Shown: piece by piece, positions 37,311-49,800 of the stretch
Layout: each line of letters begins with the position of its first letter
How positions within the stretch are numbered: the stretch's first letter is position 1
Assembly: GCA_964106645.2 (NCBI GenBank)
Contig: OZ067038.1
DNA: 64,000 nucleotides
From: Podarcis pityusensis
Lineage: Eukaryota
Strand: one strand, 5' to 3'
Translations under genes and position numbers: made by a program
The notes under the pieces: model-generated
Database searches by the model: none
Told to the model about the DNA's origin: nothing
Seen by the model: only the letters and a program-made list of their open reading frames with translations

Positions 37311-38158
37311 TGCCCCACTCGGCGTACCCCAGCTTTGTGACTCCCCCCAACTCGATCCCTTTTGCCTCTGCTGTGCCGTGTCCTTGCCTGGGATGTTCTT
37401 CCTTCATAAAGTCTATTTCCATGTTATCGACCATGACTGAATTTCAGCTACGGGAGGTGGCCCCTCACCTGCCTGCCCCACCCCTCAGCCCCTAACCCTC
37501 CTCATACTGTGGGGTGCTGCCCTGCCCATGTTCTCCTGGAACAGGGGTTGCCAGTGTTGTGCCCTCCACATGCTGCTGGGCAACTACAACTCCCAGGAGC
37601 CCTAGCTAGCACTGCAAATAGCCAGTTTGTCGTCTAGCAACTTCTGGAGGTTGACTGCCCTTGCTCTGGATGCAGCCCTTAGTTAGTGGGAAGGGGGTAC
37701 TTTGACACACTTTGGAGGTTAGTCTGTGCCCTCATAAACATGGGTGGATGTGCCACAGAGCAATACAAGGGGCTCTGCGCTCAGACACTGTGTTAAGACA
37801 CCTTTCAAGGCAAGTTTTCCAAGGAGCCTTCTTTGTGTGTCCAGCCACTGTAGATGTGCCTGCTTCTACAAAGGTGAGAGGTGTAGACTTTGTGGGTGCA
37901 TGTGGGCTCCTCATCTATACAGAATGCTGCTTTGTCCCTGTGCCATAATCGGGGGTAATATCCACGACAAGGCACTGCTAGGGAAGTCTATCTAATTAAA
38001 CCATGTGGTCCTCATGCCCCTTCCATCTCTTCCTCCTCCTCCAGTCATCTCCTCACCCTCGATTTGGAGCAGCCCCCAAAGGGTCCCTAGGTCTATGACA
38101 AGTGAGAGTGGGGAAAGCGTAACAAGGCTTCTGCCCCAATTGCTCCTTTCCCCTATGT

Positions 38159-38294
38159 CAGGCATGGCCAAACTTGGCCCTCCAGCTGTTTTGGGACTAC
38201 AACTCCCATCATCCCTAGCTAACAGGACCAGTGGTCAGGGATGATGGGAAATGTAGTCCCAAAACAACTGGAGGCCCAAGTTTGGCCATGCCTG
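38159..38294. mobile_element. Intact 136-bp hAT-type MITE in the PTPRN 3'UTR
   Basis: 58-bp inverted arms (54/58 match), 20-nt loop, perfect 8-bp TSD CCCTATGT (38151-38158 / 38295-38302). Confidence 0.93.
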
Positions 38295-38488
38295 CCCTAT
38301 GTCTACTCCCCGTTACTTACATCCTAGCAGCCTTTCCCTCCTTTTCCAAAAAAGGGGGCGGGGTGTCGCTTTGGGAGAGATGGACCTATGCCTGCTCCTC
38401 CCCACTATGCTACCCTGTTCACTCTCTCTCTGTGATGTTACGTTCACCAAGAGACATTTCTAGAGAATCTAATTTTGTATTTGATGTG

Positions 38489-38494
38489 AATAAA
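38489..38494 (+). terminator. Probable PTPRN proximal poly(A) signal
   Basis: AATAAA with U-rich/TGTA upstream and GT-rich downstream sequence. Confidence 0.7.
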
Positions 38495-38893
38495 GTTTTT
38501 GTGTCGCGTTTGTGCAGCTGCAGCCCAGCCTACTCATGTTGTGTGTAATCCAGAAGGGGTGGGGGTGGGGCAGTGCTACTTGCATTGTGGGCTGCAAAAG
38601 CTGCGGCCAAGTGTCCCAACGCATGCCAGGCACACAACCCGTCCACTGCCCTGAGCCGCTTCCTTGAAAGGGTAGGAATACAAAGGGGACTGCTTGCCTT
38701 CAGCTGCATTTGTATTGTATGAACAAGGTTCTAGGTTCAATCCTCAGCATCTGGGGGTTGGCTTGAGTCAAGGCAGACAACAGCCCCACCCCTAGGGGGC
38801 CCATTTATTTCCTTTCCGAGCTGGCACATGTCAGTATTTGTGAGTTGAAGTACTTAATACCAGCGATGAAATTCTGACACAGCATTCATTGCA

Positions 38894-38905
38894 AATAAAT
38901 TTATT
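38894..38905. terminator. Palindromic bidirectional poly(A) signal AATAAATTTATT
   Basis: AATAAA on + (38894-38899) abutting AATAAA on - (38900-38905), between the convergent PTPRN and DNAJB2 genes. Confidence 0.55.
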
Positions 38906-39061
38906 GACAATGTTTTCCACTCTATATACCAGGCCAGTGCTTTGAATTACAAAACAGATCAATCTCACTCCCGAGTCAAGAGATAAACTGAGCAAGTTAA
39001 CTCCAGCCCTGTTACCTTCTGGGAGAGGATTTCCTCCAAGGGATCAGAGAGAAAGAAAGGG

Positions 39062-39099
39062 GAGAGAGAGAAAGGGAGAGAGAGAGAGAGAGAGAGAGA
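39062..39099. repeat. (GA)n microsatellite in the DNAJB2 3'UTR
   Basis: Direct reading. Confidence 0.85.
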
Positions 39100-40133
39100 C
39101 AGCCCCTGCCCTCTCCTTCCTGGCATGAGAGGCCTACACTACACGCCCACTCTCTCTGCAAGGCCTGGTCTGGAAAAGTGACGTCCCTGCCGCTCTGAGG
39201 GAAAATTTGGTTTATAGCCCTTTGGCCCTAGAGCAGCCTCCCCCACCCTTGGGTCTGCAGGTGGCTGCTGGGAGTCCAACCTCCATTGCTCCCCATATGT
39301 TGATGGACTATCACGCTGAGCAATGCCGCTGTGGAGGTGAGGGGGAATCTTTGGCTCTCTAGGTGCTGAACTACAGTAGTTCCCATTAGGGCCAGTGGCC
39401 AGGGCTGAGGAGAACTGTGGTCCAGCAATAGCTGGAGGGCCAAAAGTTGCCCACAGCTGCTGTCGAGCACAAAGTCTTCTATGCTAAAACCGGAAGCCCT
39501 TCTCCCACGGTTTCTGTCCCAACACCTCCACACCTACCCACACCCAATCAGTCAGTCAACACTATAAACAGGAAGAGTGTTGTTGTGATGCGGCCCAGAG
39601 AGTCCCTGCAGGAGCTAAAGAGGACCAGAAGGCCAACCTGCATCGGAAAGGCTTATCACTTCCTGTGCCCACCACAGTTCACACAGCACCGCCGTCTCCT
39701 TCATAACTTACTCATAAAATGGTCCAGCGAGAAAAGTCCATCATGCTCCTTTAGCCACGGTCCTCTCTTGCAAGGGAACAGGGCACCGGTGAAAAGGGAG
39801 CTACAGGCAGTGGGGGGCTTGGGGATACCTCCGCCCAACCCCACCAAGACCTGTTAACTCAGGAGCAGCAGCAGCAGCATAGCTACAAGTACATTGTTGT
39901 TGTGTTAAAAAAAGACGGGCTGCGCCGAGCCCGACCCTTTTGAGCTACTGGGTGCTACAGGACACGCAGCAGAGAGAGAACTAGCGGGGAGGAAGTCACA
40001 CACTCGGCACCTGCCCATCAATCGTTCCCCCAGGCAGGGCTCAGGGAGGGAACAGAAAGTGAAGTCCAGGCTTGAGTAGCCTTCTGGGAGCACAGAGTGC
40101 TAGAGAGGCAATTCTCCCATGGCTCTTCCAGAC

Positions 40134-40144
40134 TCAGAACACAC
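40134..40144 (-). CDS. DNAJB2: DNAJB2 short-isoform (HSJ1a-type) terminal exon, coding part
   Basis: About 50-nt pyrimidine tract + cccag|GT GTG TTC TGA = (G)VF*; human HSJ1a recalled as ending DVF. Confidence 0.85.
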
Positions 40145-43100
40145 CTGGGGAAACAAGCAAGGAGACAGGACAGGAGGGAGGGGGAGGGAGAAAAACAGAC
40201 ACCGAGTGAATCAGACAGCAGTGAAAAGTGATGTGACAGCAAGCAGAGCCTGGGCTGTGCACTACATCATTCCCCCCCCACCCCCCCAGAGATCAGGCTT
40301 CGCCAAGCAGGAGTATGACTTGCAGTACTGAGAGGGAGTGGGGTGGAGGGGCTGGTGAGAGGCTCTAGCATCAAGGCACAGCTGCTGTGGACTCAGGATT
40401 AATGATAAGGTCAAGAAAGAGCCACTGCCCTTTAACAAATCAGGGGAGGAAAGGGTGCATCCGAGCATGCAAAATAAGGAATTGTAGCAGGTTGCTCTGC
40501 AGAACCATCACCTTCCCACCCATCCATGGTCCCCTGCCAGTTAAACGGTTAAACATTACATGAAAATATTCATCCTGCAAAGGCTTGGTTGCAAATTGCT
40601 CATAAGGAAGGGAAAAGGGAACCAGAGGTATGAAGACCTGGGGAGGGGGGAAACAAGGGAATACATTTTTTCCAATGTACAAATTTGGGCGAACTTGGGG
40701 GTGCGGCAGGTGCACATGTACCTCCTATGAAATATTTGGAATGAGTGAAATTCTCTTTTAAGACCTGATTTTAGTTGCTCAAAATGTGTGGTTGGAATAT
40801 TTTTATTTTTAATGTAAAAGGACCTAGAGCTTTAGAGAATGACCATTCCTTTGGATACTGCAGTCATATGCAACACTCAGATCCAAGAAACTTTTCTGCA
40901 GCAAGAGGTTGAGGGTGGGTGACTAAGTTGTGACCCTCCAAAACTTGCTGGACTCCAACTCTCATCAGCCTCACACCCAGGATGGTCAGGGCGGATGTGG
41001 CGTTGTGATTCAACAGCATCTGGAGGGCCACAGGTGAGCCACTCCTGAGTGTGAGGCTGCTGCTTTCATCTATGAGAGGATCTAAGTAGGCACAGGGAGA
41101 ACGTGGGTTAGACACATTGTTGTTCAACCTTGGGCTCCTGGATGTTGTTGAACTACAACTCCCATCATCCCCAGCCAGCTTAGCCAATGATCAGGCATGT
41201 TGGGAGGTGTAGTCCAACATCACCGTGGGCTCCAAAGCTGAAAAGCACTAGGTTCAAGCTGTGCTTATGGAGAAGTGGAGCCCCAGGTTGTACACAGAGG
41301 AGAGGCAAACTCACCTGTTTTTGTTATTTATAGGCAATCTTTCCTACAAAAGGAGCTCAGAGCAGATTACATGTGTTCTCTTGGTGGCCTCACATATGGG
41401 CAATGTTCAACACCCAATTCTATATTAACCAGTGGAGCTCTTAGAGGCCTTCACACAGAGTAATAGAAATGTAGTGTTGGAAGGGGCCACAAGGGTCATC
41501 TACTCCAACTCCCTGCAATGCAGGACTCTTTTACCCTACGTGGGGCTCAAACCACGACCCTGAGATTAAGAGTCTCATGCTCTACCAACTGAGCTATGCG
41601 GTGCTTCTATAATGATGTGATGAATTAGGGAGAGCACTGCAACTGAGGCTTATGAATTGAAGCAGTTTCTAGGCCCCACTTGGCCACAGCCACACGCTGA
41701 AGCCATGTCCTCACCTTGCCAGCTGAATTATGTGAATCTGCCCAAGAAACTCTCGTATGCCCTAGCTGATACAGCTGTGAGGGGGGTCTATCACCCTCGC
41801 TCAAACAGTACCCAGTGCAGGGATATATCAGGGCAAGGGCTAATGAGGAATCTTGTAGCGTGGAATGTGCACACAAAGGCAAGAAAGATTTGGGGCAGAT
41901 CAATTCCCACAATCAAAATCACTAGGGCTGTACATATTCCATACTACCATACTAGGAGTGGATCAGCCAAATCTTTATCTCCTCCCACCCCACAGGCCAA
42001 CTTTGACCACCAGTCAATCATCTCATGATTCCACTCACCTGTCAAAGTTGACCCATGGGGGTAGTCTGCTTTGCCAACATGTTCGCCTCAGGAAATACAC
42101 TGGCAAAGCAGCGCCCAGAGGGACTGTAGAATTCTGAACAAGGTTTATCCTCTCTCTCATCAGCTGATTGGGGGAGGGGGTTGCATCCTGCTGCTTTGGC
42201 TGCACAACAACACATTGTGGGGAACTGACATGTGCAGCCAACACAAAACAAAACAACATCCCCTGCTCATCAGCTGGTGTCAGCAGATTGAGAGGAACAT
42301 AGATTGTGGGGAAGCGGCCTAATGGGCCCGAGGTTCATGCATTCTGCTACAAACTCAGACTAAAACACTGCAACCAACAAATCTAAGGTTTGTTGATATA
42401 CTTAAACTGCACTTTCCTATCAACAAATATTTAAACATTTTCAAAAATGCATTTACCCCCCTGGCTCTACAAGCCAATTAACACACCCTAATCCCCCCCC
42501 CCAAAAAAACCAACCTCTGGAATTTTGGGATCCAGGAACAGGTGACAGAAAAGAAGACACGAAGGGAAAGCACATGGAAGTGACTGGATCTCAACGGCCA
42601 GAAACTCACTTTAAAATATAGGCAGCCTTGTATGGCAAAATGCCAGGCTGGGTAGGAAATATACACAGCTCTGCTATTATTATTATTATTATTTTAAACC
42701 ATCACCACCAACAGAACCACCCGGCAGATCTCTCGCCATTTCAACCAACTGGACAAAATGAACACTTGAGGGTTACCTGCAGAGAGGCAGCATGGAGGGG
42801 CATCAGACAGAGTATGCCTGTCCATCAGGGTCTGTGGCATGGGAAGCACAGGAGGGAGGGATGGGCAGGTGAGGAGACAAGCAGTGGCGGCAGCGGCAGC
42901 AGCAACAACAGCAGAGAGAGAGAGAAAGGGCACCAACAAGTTACATTCCTACATCGAGCATCCACCGAAGCCTTATCCAGGGCCTGCCACCGGGGGTTAC
43001 GTTAGACACAAAAGGGATCAGGGAGAGAAAGAGGAGGGTGCAAAGGCCCTGGGAAGCAGGGGAGGGGGAAAGGAGGAGGTCACAGCTGTAGGGAGTGGTG

Positions 43101-46100
43101 CAAGACGCCAGCAAGCAGGGTTGAGAACCACTGGTTTAGGGGCAGGCAAAAGCTGCAGGGGAAGATGGCATGCACTTGCAAACTACAGGGCAGGTAAGGG
43201 GAACCTCTGCGGCCATCCAGATGTTGCTCCCATCAGCCTCAGCCAAAAGTCAGGGATACTGGGAGTTGCGTTCCAGCACCATCTGGAGGAGCCACAGGTT
43301 CTCCACAGAGGTATAAACCTACATGCGTTATGTCTCACACATTTCTCAGTCCCCAGGAAGTTCCAAAAGCAGGAAGTGCCTTTCAACTACATTGTCATGA
43401 CAGACACAACTAATGTAGCCTGGTCCGTGTTCAGACCTCCCTGCCCCCCTGTGGTACCTCCCCTCTCTTCCTCTGCACAGGAAGTTGGGTGCTCAAGCGT
43501 TAGGGCCTAAGGCAGTTCCTACGTGTGTCTCCATGCCTAGGCTGCCCCCCCCAAGGCTGAAAACGGGCAGCGCTGCCAAGTAAGCGGAAGAGAGCAGAGT
43601 CCTCTCTCAGAGCTGTGCCTTCTCTGACATCTCGGCCCATCAACAGACCGCTCTGCTGCTAGTCACTGTAGGACGGCCACCACCTTCAGTGCAGGTTGAG
43701 TTCTCACTAGCCCTTCACATATAGGGGTTGTTTTGTTGCCCACCCCCTTCCCCCAGTAGCAGTGGTCGGGGGATAAAGGCACAGGATTTGGTACCATTCA
43801 TGGAGGCGGGAGGGGATGTTAGTGCAGAAAAGGCACTCGGATCCAGGGCAAATTTAGAGGACGGCCCTCAACATAGGCCATCACATTCTGTTATTTGGGA
43901 CGTAACAANNNNNNNNNNNNNNNNNNNNNNNNNNNNNNNNNNNNNNNNNNNNNNNNNNNNNNNNNNNNNNNNNNNNNNNNNNNNNNNNNNNNNNNNNNNN
44001 NNNNNNNNNNNNNNNNNNNNNNNNNNNNNNNNNNNNNNNNNNNNNNNNNNGATACAAAACCCTGGGGCAGAAGCAATGCATTCGCTTCCTTTAGTGCCCA
44101 GGGCAAGCAGTGGCAGCCAAGAGCACAGCCCCCTCCCGCCCCCCAGCCCCGGGGATCTATGCATACAGGAGAACAACAGGGACATACAGCCAAGCCATGC
44201 ACTAGAGCAGCAAGGCAGACAGCACAGCCTGCACTTGCTGAAGGCACCAGGGCTTTGCTGTGCAGGAGCTGCCTGGGCCAATGCCTCTCCATGCCAAATT
44301 ACACACACACAGAGCTAACAGAATTTGCTCCTGCCCTTTACTCAGCAGCAGCAGCAGTAGCACCTCCTCTTCTGACCGGGTGGGCCTTCGGGCGATTCTG
44401 CCAGTGACGCATCACGGCAGCCGGTCCTGATGGAACAACCCCCCGCTCCTCCATTGGCCAGGGTCCCAAGCGCACCAACCAATGAAAGCCCAGTCTCAGG
44501 CCGGCTCAGAGGAGGCTGCACTGCGCATCTTTCTTCTTCTTGGGGGAGGAGTCTTTGCCTCTGCCCTTTCCCCGTCCGCTCCCTCCCACGGCCCCTGAGG
44601 GGGATTTAGAGGGGGGCTTGGACAGCCTGTCCGCCTGGCTGTCCGTGGCGTGGCTCCCCTGTGGCAACTGCGCTTTTCCAGGGGGCTGCTTTTTCGAGGG
44701 GCTTCTCGCACCTGCTCTGTGCTGGCCCTTGGCCTCCATTTCAGACAGGCTGTAGGCCATCGCCAGCTGCAGGTCCTCATCGTCCTCGTCGCTGTCGGTG
44801 TACAAGATCACAGGGGACGAACTGGGGGACGGGCGCTTGGGGGGCGGGTGCTGTGGCGCCGGTGAGGAAGGGGCTGGCTTGCGGCTTTGCACAGCTTGCT
44901 GGTCCCGCCGGCTCAGCTCCAGGCCGAGGGCCAAGTCGTCTGGAACACCTGAAAGGGAAGGGGTTGAGCCAACAGTTGTCCAAAGAAGGCACCCCAAGTA
45001 TACTCCCCCCCCCCGTCATTGCTATGGCCTTGCCCAGAAAGGCCAAGCACCCTAGATGTGGGGTCCCCAACATTGTGCCTGTAGGCACCACAGCATCCTC
45101 AGACACCTCCTTGGGACCCAACAAGAGGCCTGCCATTTCCAAACAATATTTTTAATTAACTTGTGGGGGGCATGCAGCTATTATGCCCGAGTATTGCCAG
45201 TTGTTGTGGTGCCCACAACGGTTTTTGAGATTTCCAAAACCACCCAAAATGGTTGAGGACTCCTGCCCCAGGATCTTCAGCCAGTGGGTAAGGATTTGCA
45301 GCCTGGCCTAAAAATGGTTGCAACAGCAACGCTACCACCAGAGAAATATATGGTTAGAAAATAATAATAATGAAGAAGTTGATCCCTGAATGCATTTTTG
45401 AAATTAAAGGCAAGATCTGGGTCTGAAAAAGTTGAAGGTGACTACCCTAGGCTGCTTCCCTTCTCCAATATATGCACCGCACTTTGTGGGTAATGGATGT
45501 CTTAAGGCTCATGTGAAAACTTTCCTAGCTCTCCCACAGCTCTCTTCCATTCCTCAGCCACCAGCCTGGCAAATGCCATTATCACATTCATCTCTTATTT
45601 TACCTCTCTAAGCCGTTCCACCACAAGTCTGAAAAGCCCCCCTCCTTCCTTCTGCCTATGTTTCTGAAAGAGGCCAGGAGTGCTGGGGAGATCTCTTCCA
45701 ACCCCCAAATGTCTCAGAAGTTGGCACACAGGCATCCTACCGCTTGGTGGGAGGGCACATTTTTCACAAAGCTTTTCACAAGTTGTAGATTAAATGTCAG
45801 AGGCACTCCATGGGGATGAGGGTCTATTACTTTCTCCGTCTCCCAGGAGACAGGTTGAGATCACACAGAAGGCAGCAGGCGTCCAGAGAAGCTCACATTT
45901 CTGCTCTCAGCTGGAGAGAGCTGTGCATGGTTGACTACAGAGAAAAGAAATTCGGGATACCTCTCCCCTTTTAGTCCCATACCATTAATTTGGATGGATT
46001 TCAGCTCCCCGTTTTCTTCCACTTCCACCCTCTCCTGCCCATTTTCGATGATCCTGGAGAACAAGGGGGAAGGGGTGGGGACAGAAAAGTGAAATGACTT

Positions 46101-46804
46101 TGTGAAGAACACATAAAACCATGCAAAACCTTCCCCCAGCAATGTTGAACTGGAGAAAACATTAAGTTGCATGGCTACAAACATGTCTATTGTTTAGCCT
46201 TTGCTTACATTTTGGGTGCATGATTAATCCCATAATAGCAACCACAGTTCTCTTACTACCATACCTGTAATTATGCACCTGCTCGCCTTCATTATATTTT
46301 TCAAAGACAAACACCAAAAAATTATTTGAAGCTGCTCTTAAAATTTATTTTTGAAGAAGAGAGACGAATAAAAATATTTTGTTCTACAGATGAGAGTTTT
46401 TGCACAAAAGCATCAACTTAGAATCTCATTTTTTTAATGTATTATGTCTTTCGTATTTTTTATGAGGCCAGCCTCATTCCACTAGATTTGAGGGACAGGT
46501 TTGGAGTGTAGAAAGGTCAGCATCAATGCACAAATTTGACTTCTCCTGTACACTTTAACCTTTTCAGTTATGCTGTAGGACAGTGGGGGGGGGGGAGAGG
46601 TGTTACCCTGTACAATCCACTGCAAACACATGATCACCAGAGGGACTGCATTTTATAAAAGTTACAAGGCTACAAGGCAAGTAAACCTCTAACTCTCTGG
46701 GACGCAACATGTGAGCAAGCTGCTAAAAGGTCTAAAATACCAGGGGCCATTAGATTTCCCCAACTTGCTGCTGATAAGATGACCAGTAACAAGAAAGAGC
46801 TAGT

Positions 46805-46848
<44 letters not shown>

Positions 46849-49800
46849 GTAAATAAGGAATGCATCCCCAATCTGGTACAGATTGTGTGGCTTTCCCATC
46901 CCTTCACTTAGATGGACCAGTGGCCTGAGTCAATATAAAACTTCTAGATATCCTCCCCATAGCTTACTCTGTGCCTCATACAGAAACAAGATAGCAGAAA
47001 TGAGAAGGGGAGGAGGGCCAGGGAGAACAGAAAGAATGGGCTTGGTCATTCCCCAAGAGGGCCCAAAATCTGCGTGACAAGGCCAGAAGACAGTAGGCAA
47101 ATGGATTAAAACATCCTCCTAAGCTTACCTCTTGGTAGTAATCCGCTTGCCATTGATGAATCTGGTGGAGGTGGAGACAGAGCGGAAGCCCATTCCTGCA
47201 TTCATAGCAGGACCAAGCCCTGGGGAGAAGAAGTCTGAAAGAGAGAGTGCGCCAGAATCACTGACAAGGAAGGGTGCAGCTGGCACCAAGGCCAGGGGAG
47301 ATGAACCAGCAAAGGAAAAGAGAAACCAGGCAGGAAAGCTTTCCTTTGAGATTCCAAGGAGGGGCAAATAGGAGAAAGAATGTAGCCTTGCAAAAGTGGC
47401 CACCAGGTCACAGTGTGCAAAGCACACAGTCCCAGGGAGAAGTCAACCCTACAGCAAGGGTCCAAGTGCAGTTGGAACCAGGGTGGGGAACTGGAGGCCA
47501 CAGTGAGGAGCAGGTGGGCAGGCAAATCCTTCCAGCTGTTCCTTCCTTACCTGGCGATGCTGCAAAGGGAGAGAAAAATGGCCCTGCCCCAGGGTGCCGT
47601 GGTCCAGGTCGAAGGTCTGCGAATGGATCGTCTGGAAAGAGGTCCAAAGAAGAGATCGTCAACCACTACATTCCTCTGCAGGGAGACTGCTACTCAAAAG
47701 CATGCAGATCCATACCCTTTGTATTCTGGCCTACTATCTGCCCGCAGTTCTGATTCATGTATCTTGTACCACATTGCTGCTGCTTCCTTCCACACAAGTT
47801 TTATTGCCTTGCCAGAGCCTCCCTGAGCTGCAAGAAACCACCCAGTGCCAGGAGTGGGTGTGGACAGCCACTGAGCTGATCCAATTGCATCACACAGAGG
47901 GGAGCATTTCCCTTCCCTAACACAGAAGTTCTGGATAAGCACGAGGTCTGTACTAAAGCCAGTGCCAACATTTGGCCCATGTCTAACTAGGAGGGATCTG
48001 GTTCCCCTGAACGGATCTGGTTTCTTGTAATCTGGAAATGATCCAAAAAGGAGGGACTGTTCACTGTCTAAGACCCCCTCCTCTCCCTTTACTCTCCTCA
48101 GCTGCACAAGGAGTTCTGGAGAATGTTCTGGCCTGGCTTTAAGGCTGTGGGTCCTCCAGATGCTGTTGGACTCCAACTCCCATCAACACCAGGCACCATG
48201 TCCAATGGTGAGGGAAGAATGATGGGAATTGCAGTCCAGAAATGCCAGGAGGGCAACAGGGTTACATTGTCAAAGCTAAGCGGGTCTCAGCCTCATGAAT
48301 CCTAGATGGGAGACTGCACTGCTTAATCACTCTGAGCTTCCTCACGAAGGAACTTAGATGCAAGTAGAATAAAGTAACACCAAGTTCACACAAGAAAACA
48401 CCAACAGACCTGGCATAACCCAAACCACAACAGTAGCATGTAGGTCATAGAATTTCCTGTAGGAATGGGGCAGGGTGGAGCAGGGAATGAGTAACAAAAC
48501 CCTACTGCACTCTCCACAGAAGTGCCCTATATGGTAAAAGGAAAATCCAGCTAGAGGAGCCCTGGGCCTGACACAACCAGATAGCAATGATATTCTTCGT
48601 TACTAGTTCCTTCCATCTCACAGATACTGGTTGTCTTTGGGATACCACTGACTGTCCTCATAGTTTTGAAGTCCAGAGACAGCAGATAGGGTCTTCCCTC
48701 CCTACTCAGATAAAATCCCCTTGCAAAACAAATGAGGATCAAACCCAATGCACACCAAAAAAGTCAGCAAATGGATCGTGCCCTCCAAAGAAATCCCGGA
48801 AGACGTCGTGGGCGCTGCGGAAAGTGAAGGTGAATTCGGGTCCTGGGTGTGGTCTTGACCCGGAGGGCCCACCTGTGGGGGAAGCAGAGACCAAATGCGA
48901 AGCTTTATTTTCCTCACACCAAGACACTGGCTTACTGTTTACCAAGGTTAAGGCTGTGGCACCCTGGAGCGCCTTGAATGATGGTCAGGGGTGCCACAGG
49001 CAACGTTGGTTTCTGTCCCTCTTTTCTTCTCTCCCTCCACTGATGCCCTCTTGTGTCTCTGCCTCCCAAAGGCTTGCACAGTTGTTGTTTGTTGCAGCAG
49101 CCCTGGCCACAACCTCCTCAGGCAAATGGTGCCTCTGAGGCTGGCCAGGGGGTGCTTCCCAGGCCCCTGTGGGACAGTGTGAGCAGGCACCTTTCTTTGG
49201 GGCAGCTGTGGCCTGGGAACACCCCAGAAGGGAGGGTGTTTGAAAATGGGACTCAGAAAGCTTGAAAACCTCTGGCTTAGGGGTACTAGATAACTAAAAT
49301 CATTTACATCAAAGGCCCAGCAAACCTGCAGCCTGCCTGCCAGCCAGCCATGCCTTGATATGTCTGCAGCCCCTGGAAATAGTTTAATCAAGCACTGATT
49401 CATGGGTCAAAAGCCACAGAAGGGCTACAGAGCTGGACAAACCCATTTTACAGAACAGAAAAACAAAACTGTTAAGAATCACAAAATAATGGCTGTTTGG
49501 GCCGTGAAAGGCCTAACTGCGCCACAGCTGCTTTGGTTTGGAACTGACAAGGCAGCCAAGACCTTAGTAATATTCTGCTCCCAAAGAAGTTACCCAACTC
49601 TGCAAATTTCTCCCAGGAAATTGCTCCCTGTGAAAGTTGCTCAATCACACTACTATGATAACAGCTAAAGTAGCTAATGCAGAAGGCCTGTGTGTTTCTG
49701 AGCTGCACATAAGCTATCTGTTGCCGTCTTTGTTCTCGCCCTCTTGGCAATGCAGAAATCTGCTTTGAACCTGATCCTGGTTTTTGATGATATTTGTCAG

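Noticed and set aside
41533-41604. Functional tRNA-Lys(CTT) gene
   Set aside because: T-arm is damaged (GGTTTGAG), the acceptor stem is imperfect, and it is fused to a CR1-like tail: a SINE head
42839-44407. ORFs of 130-223 aa near and across the gap
   Set aside because: Run through MITE sequence, low-complexity purine tracts or N-padding; no domain similarity
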